Positions 1 to 10,688 of a DNA stretch of 64,000 nt are shown in pieces. The stretch spans positions 664,115 through 728,114 of the forward strand of contig CAWBIH010000002.1 of the NCBI GenBank assembly GCA_963788925.1. Reading direction: 5' to 3'. A program made the translations under genes and the position numbers. The DNA is from an uncultured Actinomycetota bacterium (GTDB taxonomy: Bacteria > Actinomycetota > UBA4738 > HRBIN12). The notes under the pieces were generated by a model. The model did no database searches. It saw only the letters and a program-made list of their open reading frames with translations, and was not told the DNA's origin. How positions within the stretch are numbered: position 1 is the first letter of the stretch; the number at the start of each line of letters is the position of its first letter.

Positions 1-711
1 GCGTGTGCCACCCGCGACGTCGACCCTGAGCGGATCCCCACCGACGAACGGCAGCAGCATCCGTTTCCAGGCCGGCCGGGCGAGGTCACGACGCGGCTGC
101 GCGAGCAGGTAGCGCTCGTGGGTGATCCCGAGGCGGTGACCCACCCCGCGGTTGACGAGCACCTCGGCCCAGCCGACCGCGTCGTCGGGAACCACGGCAC
201 CGACCCGGACGGAGCCCGTCCGGAACGTGAGCGTTCCGCCGGGGCCGAGGCGACGGAGCCTCGCGCTGTGCTCGCCGAGCACCGCGCGCCCCGCGTTGAG
301 TGTCCGAACGATCCGGTTCCGGATGCTGCTCCCGACGAAGGGTGCGTAATCGCTGCCTTGCACGGCGAACGCGTCGATCGGGAACGCCAACGGGCTCGAC
401 GGTTCGTCCACCACCTGGCCATCGGCGTCCTTCGTCTTGCGCAGCCACAAGGTGTCGCCGGCGACCACCACGGCTTCGTCGAGACTCGGGAGCCGCTCCA
501 TCTTCTGACGGAAGCTCGGATCGTCGAAGCCGCCCGGGACCCAGGCGAGGTAGTTGTCCGGCCCTACGTAGCCCGAGCCTTTCGTCGAGGGGAGAGAGGG
601 GATCGGAGCCGCATCCCGGCCGGGCCACAGAAGGAACACCGCGGTGCCCACGTACATGGCGAGGACCAGCGCGACGATGCGTCGCCGAATGACGATCCGT
701 TGCGGGGGCAT
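1..711 (-). CDS. Membrane-anchored exported protein, truncated by the window edge, apparent frameshift near 580-600 (possibly the N-terminal part of an M15-family peptidase)
   Basis: ATG at 711 gives MPPQRIVIRRRIVALVLAMYVGTAVFLLWP (TM). After a shift, a GC3-rich frame (GYVGPDNYLAWVPGGFDD...VLGEHSARLRRLGPGG) stays open to position 1. The M15 label is a recollection of similar proteins only. Confidence 0.5.
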   Translation of the reverse strand, partial: MPPQRIVIRRRIVALVLAMYVGTAVFLLWPGRDAAPIPSLPSTKGSGYVGPDNYLAWVPGGFDDPSFRQKMERLPSLDEAVVVAGDTLWLRKTKDADGQVVDEPSSPLAFPIDAFAVQGSDYAPFVGSSIRNRIVRTLNAGRAVLGEHSARLRRLGPGGTLTFRTGSVRVGAVVPDDAVGWAEVLVNRGVGHRLGITHERYLLAQPRRDLARPAWKRMLLPFVGGDPLRVDVAGGTR

Positions 712-732
712 CTCATCCAGGCTACTGCGGTC

Positions 733-3216
733 TCAGGAACGCATCCGCGAACCGCTGGGATCGTAGAACGGGCGAGGAGACAGGGTCGCCTTCACGATGC
801 GACCGGCGAGGTCGACCTGCACGGTCGGTTCCCCGTCGGAGAAGACGGAGGATTCCATCATCGCCATGCCCGCGGCGGCGCCGAGCGTGTGGGCGTAGGC
901 GCCCGACATCACCGCGCCGACGATCCGTCCGTCCGCGATCACCGATTCGCCGTGGATGAGGACGGGCTCGGGCTCGTCGAGCTTCAAGCTGACGAGGCGA
1001 TGCCGGCGAGGCGTCTCACTCGCCACACGTGCCGCCTCGACCCCCACGAATCGCTCGTCCAGCTTGACGACGTGTCCCAGGCCCGCCGTGTACGGATCGT
1101 CGGTCGGGCCGACGTCGTGCCCGACGTGCACGAATCCCTTCTCGATCCGGAGGGAATCCAGCGCCTGGTAGCCGGCGTGCCGGAGCCCCAGGTCGGCGCC
1201 CGCATCCACGATCGCGTCGTAGACGTGCACCGCGAACTCCGACGGGACGTACAACTCCCAGCCGAGCTCACCGACGAACGATGCCCGGATGGCGAGCGCC
1301 GGTGCGTTCCGGACGTGGATCTGCTTCGAGGTGAAGAAGGGGAAGCCGTCGTTCGAGAGATCGTCGGAGGTGAGGCGGGACAGCAGCTCCCGGCTTCGCG
1401 GTCCCATCACGGCGAGCGTCGCGGAAGCGCTCGTCACGTCGGCGATCGACACGGACATGCCCAGGCCATGCGAGCGGAGCCACTCGAACGTTCGGTGTTG
1501 CGTGGCGGTCGGCGTGATCACGAGGAATCGATCCTCGGCGAGGCGCGTCACCGTCCCGTCGTTCTCGATGCCGCCGCGCCGGTTCAGGAGCAGCGTGTAG
1601 ACGACCTTCCCCTCAGGGACGTCGACATCGTTCGTGCAAACGTGCTGCATCAGTCTGAGCGAGTCCGCCCCCGCCACCTCTGTCTTCGCGAAGGAGGTCA
1701 GATCGAACAGCGCCACTGCCTCGCGCGCCGCAGAATGCTCCTCGGCCGCGTAGGGGAACCAGTTCTGTCGCCCGAACGAGTACTCGTCGATCGGCTCCAC
1801 GCCCGGAGGCGCGAACCAGTTCGCACGCTCCCACTGTGCGAGCTCGCCGAAGCACGCCCCGGCGGCTTGGAGGCGGTCGTAGAGAGGTGAACGCCGGATG
1901 TCGCGAGCGGTCGTCGCCTGGAAGCCCGGCCAGTGCATCGCGTACAGGCGTCCGAGCGCTTCCTTCGTGCGCTCGTGGAGGTAGCGGGGGTTCGACTGGG
2001 TCCTCGCGAAGCGGCGGACGTCGACCTCGGAGGCGTCGAAGGTGGGCGCGCCCTCGCGGATCCATTCCGCGAGGGCGCGTCCCGCGCCCGGCGCGTAGAT
2101 GATCCCCTGGGAGTTGAAGCCGGCGGCGACGTAGAGGTTCCGGATCTCCGCGGCCTCCCCGAGACAGAAGTGGGAATCGGGGGTGAAGGACTCGGGCGCG
2201 CGCAGGAATCGCGTGAAGTTCGCATCCTTGAGTGCGGGGATGCGCCGTTCCGCGTTCGCGCGGACCGGCGCGAAGTGCTCCCAGTCGGGGCCGAACTCGC
2301 CGAACGCCCAGTCCTGGGGGATCGAGCCGGTCGGGCGAGGCCGCCCGTCCGGCTCGAACGCACCGATCATCAGCCCGCCCGCATGGTGTCGTGCGTAGAA
2401 GTAGCCATCGAGGCCGCGCATCAGAGGCAACAGGTCGTGGACGCCCTCGATCGGGTCGGTGGAGACGTGGACGTGCTCGGCCGCGTAAAGCGCCACCGGA
2501 ACGCCCACGGTCGCGGCGAGGTCACGGGTCCACAGACCGCACGCCAGGACGACGGTGTCCGCCTCCACGTCACCACGATCGGTGCGCACGCCATGGACGG
2601 CTCGTTCGTTGGTGAGGATCTCGGTCAAGGAGACGCCCTCGCGGATCGTCACGCCGCGATCGTGTGCGCCCTTGGCCAGAGCGAGCGCCGCGTGGCCGGG
2701 GTTCACGGTGCCGTCGCCAGGCTGATGGAGCGCGCCGACCAGCTCGTCGGATGAGGCGAGCGGCCAGACCTCGGGCACCTCCGAGGGTTCCAAGAGACGG
2801 GCCTCGGTCCCATGGTGACGAGCGATCGCGGCTGTATATCGGAGCTCCTGGAGCCGGTCTTCGGTCTCAGCCAGCGTGAGCGAGCCGGTCGGCCGGAAAT
2901 GGACGTCGACGCCGGTCTCGTCCTCGAGCTCCCGGTAGAGGTCGACCCCATAGTTCGCGAGCTCGGTCATCGGGTGCGAGCCACGCACACGGGCGACGAG
3001 CCCTGCCGCATGCCACGAGGTGCCGGATGCGATCCTCGCTCGTTCGAGGAGCAGAACGTCGGAGATGCCTATCCCCGCGAGGTGGTAGGCGATGGATGAC
3101 CCTGCGACGCCGCCGCCGATCACGACAACCTGTGCACGATCGGGCAATGGCCCGCTGGCCGCTTGAGGAGCGAACGACGTCGCCGTGAGCGTGTCGTCAA
3201 GCATCCGCTCCGTCAT
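733..3216 (-). CDS. FAD-dependent oxidoreductase, GcvT family (dimethylglycine/sarcosine dehydrogenase-like)
   Basis: VVIGGGVAG Rossmann motif, GTSWHAAG, SFVGELGWEL and SLRIEKG motifs, C-terminal PFYDP. Confidence 0.92.
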   Translation of the reverse strand: MTERMLDDTLTATSFAPQAASGPLPDRAQVVVIGGGVAGSSIAYHLAGIGISDVLLLERARIASGTSWHAAGLVARVRGSHPMTELANYGVDLYRELEDETGVDVHFRPTGSLTLAETEDRLQELRYTAAIARHHGTEARLLEPSEVPEVWPLASSDELVGALHQPGDGTVNPGHAALALAKGAHDRGVTIREGVSLTEILTNERAVHGVRTDRGDVEADTVVLACGLWTRDLAATVGVPVALYAAEHVHVSTDPIEGVHDLLPLMRGLDGYFYARHHAGGLMIGAFEPDGRPRPTGSIPQDWAFGEFGPDWEHFAPVRANAERRIPALKDANFTRFLRAPESFTPDSHFCLGEAAEIRNLYVAAGFNSQGIIYAPGAGRALAEWIREGAPTFDASEVDVRRFARTQSNPRYLHERTKEALGRLYAMHWPGFQATTARDIRRSPLYDRLQAAGACFGELAQWERANWFAPPGVEPIDEYSFGRQNWFPYAAEEHSAAREAVALFDLTSFAKTEVAGADSLRLMQHVCTNDVDVPEGKVVYTLLLNRRGGIENDGTVTRLAEDRFLVITPTATQHRTFEWLRSHGLGMSVSIADVTSASATLAVMGPRSRELLSRLTSDDLSNDGFPFFTSKQIHVRNAPALAIRASFVGELGWELYVPSEFAVHVYDAIVDAGADLGLRHAGYQALDSLRIEKGFVHVGHDVGPTDDPYTAGLGHVVKLDERFVGVEAARVASETPRRHRLVSLKLDEPEPVLIHGESVIADGRIVGAVMSGAYAHTLGAAAGMAMMESSVFSDGEPTVQVDLAGRIVKATLSPRPFYDPSGSRMRS

Positions 3217-3288
3217 GGGCACAGAAGGATACGGCGCCGAAGGTGGTGTCCCTTCGAAGGGTCAGGGGACTGCGGAGAAGGGGAAGGA

Positions 3289-4015
3289 CTAGCTGGCGCG
3301 ATCGAGCTCGCGGGCTGCCTTCGCTGCCTCGTGCTCGGCTTTGCGGTCTGCCTTGGCGGCGTCACGCTCTGCCTTGGCGGCGTCACGCTCTGCCTTGCGC
3401 TCTTCCTTGGCCTCGTCGCGCAGCTCCTTGCGCTCCAGGTTCGCCGAGAGGTGCTCGAGGGCGTTCACCAACCCGTCGTTGTCGTTCCGCATGCAATTCC
3501 ACAGGACGTGGGAGATCGCGTTCTCGAGTCCCTTGAGTTCGTCGCCGGGCTCGGGCTTGCCTTCGGGGGCTTCCTCACCCTCCATGCCGGCGGCCGTCAT
3601 GCACTCGTCGATCCGCTCCTGCGTGGGCTCGAGGGCGGCCTCTTCGTCGCCCTCTTCTGCGACGTCGTCGGCCGGCTCTTCCGTTTCGTCCGTGTCGTCG
3701 GCTTCGTCCGCGTCCTCGCACTCCTCAGGCTCGTCGCTCTCGTCGCCTTCTTCTGACTCGTCAGCTTCGGACTCGTCGGACTCGCCTTCATCGCCCTCGA
3801 CGGGCTCTTCGCCCTCGACCGGGCTCCTCGCCCTCGACGGGCTCCTCGCCCTCGACGGTGTCGCCATCTTCAGCGGTGCCGCCAACCGGCACGCAGGTCG
3901 TCGGTTCGTCCTTGGGTTCGTCAAGGGCGTCACCGGCGAGTGCGAACCCGGCTGACATGAGCGCTACGACCAGGCCAACAACGGCCACAAGACGGAAACG
4001 CTCACCCTTCCTCAT
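3289..4015 (-). CDS. Secreted, highly acidic low-complexity protein with VEGEEP repeats and a C-terminal coiled coil; frameshift near 3820
   Basis: Signal peptide MRKGERFRLVAVVGLVVALMSAGFALA in ORF 3788..4015 joins the E/D-rich frame 3289..3933 inside the VEGEEP repeats. Confidence 0.75.
3790..3860. repeat. About 4 tandem 18-nt repeats (gccctcgacgggctcctc-like) encoding VEGEEP
   Basis: Directly visible; one unit has an extra base. Confidence 0.85.
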
Positions 4016-4105
4016 GTCCTCAGTATCGGCCTATCAGCCCCCGTGTCTGTATAGGTCTTTCGCACGAGGCCTCAGCACCGTTGGATCCGTCTCGACGGGG
4101 TCCCC

Positions 4106-4537
4106 TCAGGAGATCGTGATGCGGCCGTCTTCGTCGATGGGGAAGCTCGGGTTGTGGGCGACCTCCCACGGGTGCCCGTCCGGGTCGGCGAAGTAGCCGG
4201 AGTACCCGCCCCAGTCGGTTGCTTCCGCTGGCTTCAGGACCCGCGCTCCCGCACCCTGGGCTGCCTCGAACGCCGCATCGACGGCGGCCTCGCTCTCCAC
4301 GTTGATCGCCAGGGTGATGCCGCCGAACTCCGCGGTCGGTTCCGAGCGGAGCCCCGCATCCCTCGCGAGCGATTCGCGGTCGAACAGGCCCAGATAGGAG
4401 TCCGCCGTCCGGAACCAGCAGATCTCGTCGCCGACGGTTCCCGCGACCTCCCACCCGAGCGCCTCGTAGAACGCCTTCGACCTCGCGACGTCGTCGACGC
4501 CGAGGGTCACGATGCTGATCCGTGCGGGAACACTCAC
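4106..4537 (-). CDS. VOC/glyoxalase family protein
   Basis: ISIVTLGVDDV and WGGYSGYFADPDGHPWEVAHNP motifs. Confidence 0.93.
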   Translation of the reverse strand: MSVPARISIVTLGVDDVARSKAFYEALGWEVAGTVGDEICWFRTADSYLGLFDRESLARDAGLRSEPTAEFGGITLAINVESEAAVDAAFEAAQGAGARVLKPAEATDWGGYSGYFADPDGHPWEVAHNPSFPIDEDGRITIS

Positions 4538-4609
4538 GTAGGCCTCCTTGATCCACTCGGGACGCTACAACGCGCTCTCGACACCTCACCCTCCGTAGAG
4601 TGAACCTGG

Positions 4610-5047
4610 ATGCCCGCCGTCCGACTGAGCCCCAGGCTTCGTGTGATGTGGAAGGTGCACCGGTTCCTCCTGCGTGCGAGCCGCGGTCGCATCGGGTCGC
4701 GCCTCGGCAACCTGAAGGTGCTGCTGCTCGAGACGACGGGTCACAAGAGCGGCCAGCCTCGGTCCGTCGGCCTGTCCCACCTCGAACAGGACGGTCGCTT
4801 CTTCGTCGTCGCGTCCTACGCCGGCGAGGACCGCGATCCGGCGTGGGCGAAGAACCTCCGCGCGCAGCCGAAGGCGACGGTCACCGTCGCCGGGCGGTCG
4901 TTTCCGGTCGTCGCACGACAGCTCGAGGGCGAGGAGCGGGAGGCGATGTTCGGCCGGTTCGTGGAGGCGGACGCCGCCTACGGCGAGTACGTCGAGCGAA
5001 CCTCCCGGGAGATCCCGGTCTTCGAGCTCCGCCCGGAAGGTTCCTGA
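4610..5047 (+). CDS. Deazaflavin (F420H2)-dependent nitroreductase-family oxidoreductase (Ddn-like)
   Basis: LLLETTGHKSG, VVASYAG..PAWAKNLRAQP, Y..RTSREIPVF. Confidence 0.92.
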   Translation: MPAVRLSPRLRVMWKVHRFLLRASRGRIGSRLGNLKVLLLETTGHKSGQPRSVGLSHLEQDGRFFVVASYAGEDRDPAWAKNLRAQPKATVTVAGRSFPVVARQLEGEEREAMFGRFVEADAAYGEYVERTSREIPVFELRPEGS

Positions 5048-5050
5048 CGC

Positions 5051-5930
5051 GTGCCATCCATCACCGACGTGGAGGGGATCCGGGTCGGCCACTGGTCGGA
5101 CGAATCGGCGCTCACGGGGTGCACCGTCGTCCTGCCGCCGAAGGGCACGGTGGCCTCCTGTGAGGTGAGCGGCGGTGCGCCCGGCACGCGCGGCACGGAC
5201 ATGCTTCAGCCGGGCACGTTGCTCGAGGAAGCGCACGCGATCGTGCTGACGGGCGGGAGCGCGTTCGGCCTGGCTACCGCGGGTGGCGTCGAGCGATACC
5301 TCGAGGAGCGGGGGATCGGCTCGGAGATCGGACCCGTCATCGTGCCGTCCGTCGCGGCGGCCGTGATCTTCGACCTCGGTGTGGGCGACCCGACGCGCCG
5401 CCCGGGAAGCGAGGAGGGATACGCGGCGTGCGTCGCGGCATCGACCGACGTACCGGAGGGGAGGGTCGGCGCGGGGACGGGAGCGACCGTGGCGAAGCTG
5501 TGGGGACCGACACGCGGGGTCCCTGGCGGGCTCGGGACGTGGGCGGTTCAGGACGGCGATCTCGTGGTGGGCGCGCTGTTCGTCGTCAATGCCGTCGGGG
5601 AGATCGTGGACGAGGACGGATCGGTGCTGGCAGGCCCTCGATTGGAGCCAGGCGAACGGCGCGAGGACCTCATCGAATGGATGCGCGCAGGCAACACGAC
5701 GATCGGCGTGGTCGCGACGAACGCTGATCCTTGTCGAAGCCGGATGCGCGCCGACTGGCCGAGGCAGCGAACGACGCCGTGGAGGGGGCGGTTCGCCCGG
5801 CGCACACGCTCTTCGACGGCGACGCGGTGTTCACGCTCGCCACCAAGCAGGTGAACGCTACCTACGTGGATGTTGAGGCTTTGGTCGAGGACGCGGTGAC
5901 GACGGCCGTGCGTCGCGCCGTCCGCCGATA
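5051..5930 (+). CDS. P1/S58 (DmpA-like) peptidase, frameshift near 5730
   Basis: ITDVEGIRVGH, GGAPGTR, LTGGSAFGL, GNTTIGVVATNA; continues in another frame as RPAHTLFDGDAVF. Confidence 0.88.
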
Positions 5931-5968
5931 GCACCTCATGCGACGGGGAGCCTTCCGAAGCACGCCCC

Positions 5969-6433
5969 TCAGGCTTCGGCGCGTGCGGTTTCGACCCTGC
6001 GGTAGTTGAGGTCGAAGTCGGTCTCGTAGTTGGTGCCGTCTTCAGCGATCTCCCAGCGTCCGGTGATCGTGTTCCCGTCGTCGCTGAAGGTTCCCGTGTA
6101 GCGCTGGGAGAACGGCTCGCCCTCCCGCCAGAGCTTCCATTCGCCGTTGCCGATGCTCATCTCGTAGACGCGGCAGACGCCGCGATCGTCGGAGTACAGC
6201 TGGAAGTACGTCCCGTTCGCCGCGTCACACCCGATGATCGAGACGTTGTCGGGCGCCTCGGGAAGCTCGACCGTGCCGCGTTCGACCAGATGTGCGCCCG
6301 AGGCGTGCCACTCGAAGGTGACTCTTCCGCCGCCCTGCCACTCCTCTCCGTTGGGCCACTTCGCCTCCATGGTCCAGTCGCCGACCAGGGGCTCGAGCTC
6401 GCGGAGCGCGTGTTCCGCCGTTGGTTGGTCCAT
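5969..6433 (-). CDS. Hypothetical beta-barrel protein (DUF1579-like)
   Basis: LEPLVGDW, YFQLYSDDRGVCRVYEM, SDDGNTITGRWE; SD GGAGGAGG upstream. Confidence 0.7.
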   Translation of the reverse strand: MDQPTAEHALRELEPLVGDWTMEAKWPNGEEWQGGGRVTFEWHASGAHLVERGTVELPEAPDNVSIIGCDAANGTYFQLYSDDRGVCRVYEMSIGNGEWKLWREGEPFSQRYTGTFSDDGNTITGRWEIAEDGTNYETDFDLNYRRVETARAEA

Positions 6434-6578
6434 CGATGCGCACCTCCTCCAGTCGTCTAGGCCGCGGGGCCGTGCAGCAGCGTCTCGCCGTCGACGTTCA
6501 TCTCAGGGGGACATGAGCTCATCGTCCCGGATCGGATCGAGGCGCGCGGTCCATGAGGCAGGCCGAATCGTAGCCCCG

Positions 6579-7463
6579 TCACGGGTGCGCGTGCCAGAGG
6601 TGCATCACGGCATAGGAACGCCACGGGCGCCACCGCTCGGCCCGATGCAGGAGCTCCTTCGGTGTGGCGGGGAGTCCGAGGGCTTCGAACCCCTTGCGCA
6701 CGCCGAGGTCGCCAGCGATGAAGGCGTCCGGGTCCCGGAGGGCTCGCATCGCGACATAGGCGAGCGTCCACGGTCCGATCCCTCGAACCTCACCCAGGAT
6801 GTGCAGTGTCTCGTTGATCGGAGCATCGCCGGAAAGGTCCAGCGACCCTTGGGTCAGGAGTTCCGCGACCCGCCGGATGGCCTCCGCACGGGCTCGGGGC
6901 ATCTCGAACGCTTCGAGAGGAAGGTCGGCGACCTGCGCCGGGGTGGGGAACAGATGGCTGATCGTGCCGATCGGCTGATCGAGCGGAGTGCCGTAGCGGG
7001 TTGCGAACCTCCCGAGCGAGGTTCGGGCTCCCGAGACCGAGACCTGCTGCCCGAAGATCGCCCGAAGCACGAGCTCGAAGCTGTCGACGCTGCCCGGCAC
7101 GCGGATGCCCGGGATCCGGCGAACGGATCGAGCGAGCTTCGGGTCGCGGCTGAGCGCGGCGTCGATCTCGATGGGATCGGCTTCGAGGTCGAACATCCGT
7201 TTCGCGGCGTGCACGAGCTCGGTCGTGTCGGACGCAGGACCTTCCGACATCTCGAGGGTGACGTGATCTCCCACCGGGTCGGACGTCAGCGCGATGATCG
7301 CTGGCCCGCCGCCCACCGTCCGGAGGCTGCGACGGTAGGTGCCGCCTCGTACTTCCTCGACGCCCGGCAGGGCACGCGACCTGAGGAACGCCATCAGCGT
7401 GTCCGCTGCGAACGGCGGCCGATAGGGGAGACGAAGCGGGTGTTCTCTTGGCGCGTCCTCCAC
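6579..7463 (-). CDS. alkA: DNA-3-methyladenine glycosylase II (AlkA N-terminal + HhH-GPD)
   Basis: RAIFGQQVS, GIGPWT..Y..MR...DPDAF..GDLG, ERWRPWRSYA. Confidence 0.92.
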   Translation of the reverse strand: MEDAPREHPLRLPYRPPFAADTLMAFLRSRALPGVEEVRGGTYRRSLRTVGGGPAIIALTSDPVGDHVTLEMSEGPASDTTELVHAAKRMFDLEADPIEIDAALSRDPKLARSVRRIPGIRVPGSVDSFELVLRAIFGQQVSVSGARTSLGRFATRYGTPLDQPIGTISHLFPTPAQVADLPLEAFEMPRARAEAIRRVAELLTQGSLDLSGDAPINETLHILGEVRGIGPWTLAYVAMRALRDPDAFIAGDLGVRKGFEALGLPATPKELLHRAERWRPWRSYAVMHLWHAHP

Positions 7464-7581
7464 GAAGGAGGGTAGAGCGGAAGCGGGCCGAGCTCGTCGG
7501 ACTCCGCGCCTGGATGTCGGCGGCGATGGCTACCGTTCGGACACGCTCCCCTCACCTCCCTCGCGACGCAGGGAGGACGCC

Positions 7582-8680
7582 GTGGATCAGGTAGCGAGGG
7601 TCGTGCTGGCGCTCGAGGCGCCGGAAGTGGCCGAGGAGGTCATGCATTTCCTGGATCGGAGCGGACGTGCCCGGGTGGTGGCGACCGCGGGTGATGACCG
7701 GCAACTGGCGGAGGCGATCAGGCAGCTCGAACCGGACGCGGTCGTCGCCGAGCCGACGCTGCTCGGCAGCCGGTCGGGCGCGGGTGTGGTCTTGGCGCTC
7801 GATACGCGGGAGTCGGTGACGTCGCTCCGAGCGGCGATCGAGGCGGGCGCGTCGGGCTATTTCCTATGGCCCAAGGAACGCGAGGATCTGTTGAGTGCTG
7901 CCGCGGCCGCCGTTCGTCGTGCCCGCGAGACGGCGAGGCGAGGCACGGTGGTGGCCGTGCACGGCGGCCGCGGCGGCGTGGGGGTGACGTTCGTCGCGAC
8001 GCACCTCGCCGCGGCGTTCGCACGCCGCGGCTCGGCCATCCTGATCGACGCCGATCCCGTGTTCGGCGACGTCGCGCAGGCGCTCGGCGCGCCTGCGGGC
8101 GACGACGCCGAACCCGTCCACACGTTCGCAGACGCCGCGTCCCTCGGTGAGGATCTCGGCCCAGAGCAACTCAAAGGAGCGTTGTGGCGGCATGCGAGCG
8201 AGGTCGACGTCCTCCTTCCGCCGGCGCCCGAGGAAGCGGCGCGTCTCGGGGCAGAGGAGCTGCGGCTCGTGATGGACGCGGCTGCTCAGAGCGCCGATGT
8301 CGTCGTCGTCCATCTGCCTCGAGCCCTCAGCCCCCTGACGATCGGCGGCGCGGAGTACGCAGCGTCGGTTGCTCGAGATCGTCACGCTCGACGTCGTGTC
8401 ATTCCGAGCCACCTCCCGCGCGATGGAGGCCTTCTCGCCGCTCCACCTCGAGGGTCGCGTTGCGTTCGTCGTGAACAAGGCGTCCAGGAGCGAGGTCACC
8501 CCGGACGATGTTCGAAGGGTCTTCGGCGAGCCGGCACTCGCCGTGCTGCCGCAAGACCGTGCGGTGCGGTCGGCGCAAGAGCGAGGGCGCCTGCTGCCGG
8601 CTCGAGGAAGGATGGCTCGTCGTTTCGATCGTCTCGCGGTCGCGTTGACGGAGGGTGACGTCCAAGAGTTGGCGTCTTGA
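7582..8680 (+). CDS. CpaE/TadZ/Ssd-like protein (receiver-like domain + MinD-like ATPase), frameshift near 8365
   Basis: N-terminal REC-like fold (AIEAGASGYFLWP), deviant Walker A GGRGGVGVT, LIDAD; the C-terminal part is in ORF 8369..8680. Confidence 0.8.
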
Positions 8681-8686
8681 CCGGGC

Positions 8687-8692
8687 TACGCT
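8687..8692 (+). promoter_or_regulatory. -10 hexamer TACGCT, leaderless start of the response regulator
   Basis: TANNNT 6 nt upstream of GTG 8699, no SD. Confidence 0.5.
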
Positions 8693-8698
8693 TCGCCG

Positions 8699-9379
8699 GT
8701 GGACGAACGGGTGTTGTTGGTCGAAGACGATCCTTCCATCCGCGAGATGGCAGCGCTCGGACTCGCCAACGCGGGGTTCCGGGTGAGCTCGTGCGCGGAT
8801 GGGCGCGAGGGTCTCGAGCGCCTCCGGCATGACACGTTCGACCTCGCGGTGCTCGATGTGATGCTGCCGTCTCTCGACGGGTTCGAGATCACGCGCGAGG
8901 TGCGGAAGGACAACCGGATCCCGATCGTGATGCTGACCGCTCGAGCCGACGCGACCGACGTGGTCGTCGGTCTGGAGCTCGGCGCCGACGACTACGTGAC
9001 GAAGCCCTTCGACATGCCGGTCCTCGTGGCGCGATGCAGGTCGGTTCTTCGCCGAGCGGCGGCGGACCCGGCCGATCCCGTTCTGCGCGTGGGCGACCTC
9101 GAGGTTGATGTGGCCGGGTTCGTGGCGCGGAAAGACGGACGAGACCTTGCCCTCACGGCGACGGAGTTCCGCCTTCTCGCCGAGCTGTCGCGACGGCCGG
9201 GCCAGGTCCTCACCCGAGAGGTGCTCCTCGCCCGGGTCTGGGACTACGAGCACCTCGGGGATTCGCGACTGGTCGACGTGGCCGTCCAACGGCTGCGCGC
9301 CAAGATCGAGGACGACCCCACCCGGCCGAGGAGGATCTCGACGGTTCGTGGGGTCGGCTACCGGCTCGAGCGAGGCTGA
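8699..9379 (+). CDS. OmpR-family response regulator (MtrA/CseB-like)
   Basis: LLVEDD, LDVMLP, GADDYVTKPF, winged helix ending TVRGVGYR. Confidence 0.95.
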   Translation: MDERVLLVEDDPSIREMAALGLANAGFRVSSCADGREGLERLRHDTFDLAVLDVMLPSLDGFEITREVRKDNRIPIVMLTARADATDVVVGLELGADDYVTKPFDMPVLVARCRSVLRRAAADPADPVLRVGDLEVDVAGFVARKDGRDLALTATEFRLLAELSRRPGQVLTREVLLARVWDYEHLGDSRLVDVAVQRLRAKIEDDPTRPRRISTVRGVGYRLERG

Positions 9380-9384
9380 GGGTC

Positions 9385-10618
9385 GTGGCCGGAAGCCCGG
9401 TCTCTCCGCGCCGGCTCGTCGTCATCGTCGTGCTTGTCGCGGCCGCGGTCGGCGCGGCCCTTGCGACGGTCGTCTTCGAGCTGGTCCGTGACGCGCGTCT
9501 GCGCGACTCCCTCGAGCGTGCCCGGGCCGAGGCCGTGTTCGACCTGCGGCTTGCCGGCCCGCTCCTCGAGGGATCAACCAACCTCCCGCAGGCCGTCGCG
9601 ACGTTCCAGGAAGAGCGCGGGATCCACGCGATCCTGATCAAGGACGGACAGACCGTCGACACCGACCCAACAGGTCGGGATCACGATCCCACCCGCTCTC
9701 CGCGATCTCGCGGCGCGAGGGCAGCTCGGCTTCGACCGTGTTGATGTCGGCGGCGCCCCCACCCTGATCGTCGGCGGTCCCACGCCCGATCGCGAGGCGG
9801 AGCTCTATTTCGCTTTCTCGGAAAGCAGGATCGAGGACGACCTCCGGCAGCTCGGCACCACGCTCGCCATCGGCTGGGCCGCGATCGTCGCGATCGCGTT
9901 CGCGCTCGCTCGCGTCGCAGCCGGCCGCATCGCATCACTCGCCGAGGCGGAAGCCTGGGGCAGGCGCTTCACCTCCGATGTCTCGCACGAGCTCCGAACG
10001 CCGGTCGCTGCGCTCGTGTCGGAGGCGGCGGTCCTGGAGGAGCATCTGGATGGGATGCCGCCCGAGGCACGCCGAGCGGCCGAGCTCCTCGTCGGCGACG
10101 TCGCGCGCATGCGCAAGCTGGTCGAAGACCTCACGGATCTTGCCTCGATGGATGCCGGCCGTGAAGAGGTCCGCGTCGAGTCGTTCGACCTCGGAGCGCT
10201 GATCGAGGGGACCGTTCGCAGCCGCGGATGGGACGGACGGATCACGATCCGATCCGACCTGGTCGAGGTAGCCACGGACCGATCTCGGGTCGATCGGATC
10301 GCGGCCAACCTGATCGGCAACGCGATCGAGCACGGAGGCGGTGATGTCGAGGTTCGGGTCGGCCGGGACCAAGAGGGGCCGTTCGTCGAGGTCATCGACG
10401 CCGGCCGCGGGATCGCACCCGAGCATCTCCCGCACGTCTTCGATCGCTTCTACCGAGCAGATGCGGCACGCTCGGGGCTCGGCACCGGTCTCGGGCTGGC
10501 GATCGCGCGCGAGAACGCACGACTGTTGGGCGGCGAGATCGAGGTCACGAGCGAGCCAGGCACCGGCTCGCGCTTCACGCTTCGTCTGCCGCAGGACCCT
10601 CCTGTTGCCGAACCGTGA
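9385..10618 (+). CDS. Sensor histidine kinase (2 TM, HisKA, HATPase; no HAMP), frameshift near 9675
   Basis: TM1 in 9385..9744; the second frame gives TM2, DVSHELRTP, NLIGNA, DAGRGI, FDRFYRAD, GTGLGLAI. Confidence 0.88.
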
Positions 10619-10688
10619 CCTCCGTAGGGTTCCCGTGTTGCGTGGGGCCCCGAGCATGGGTCGTGTCCCCACACGGAGGAGGCAACAC

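Noticed and set aside
118-1890. Long antisense or off-frame ORFs in the track (e.g. 118..1890, 24027..27173, 46067..47400, 54644..56854)
   Set aside because: Shadow ORFs from high GC3 on the opposite strand; Arg/Pro-rich with no motifs, and they overlap well-supported genes.
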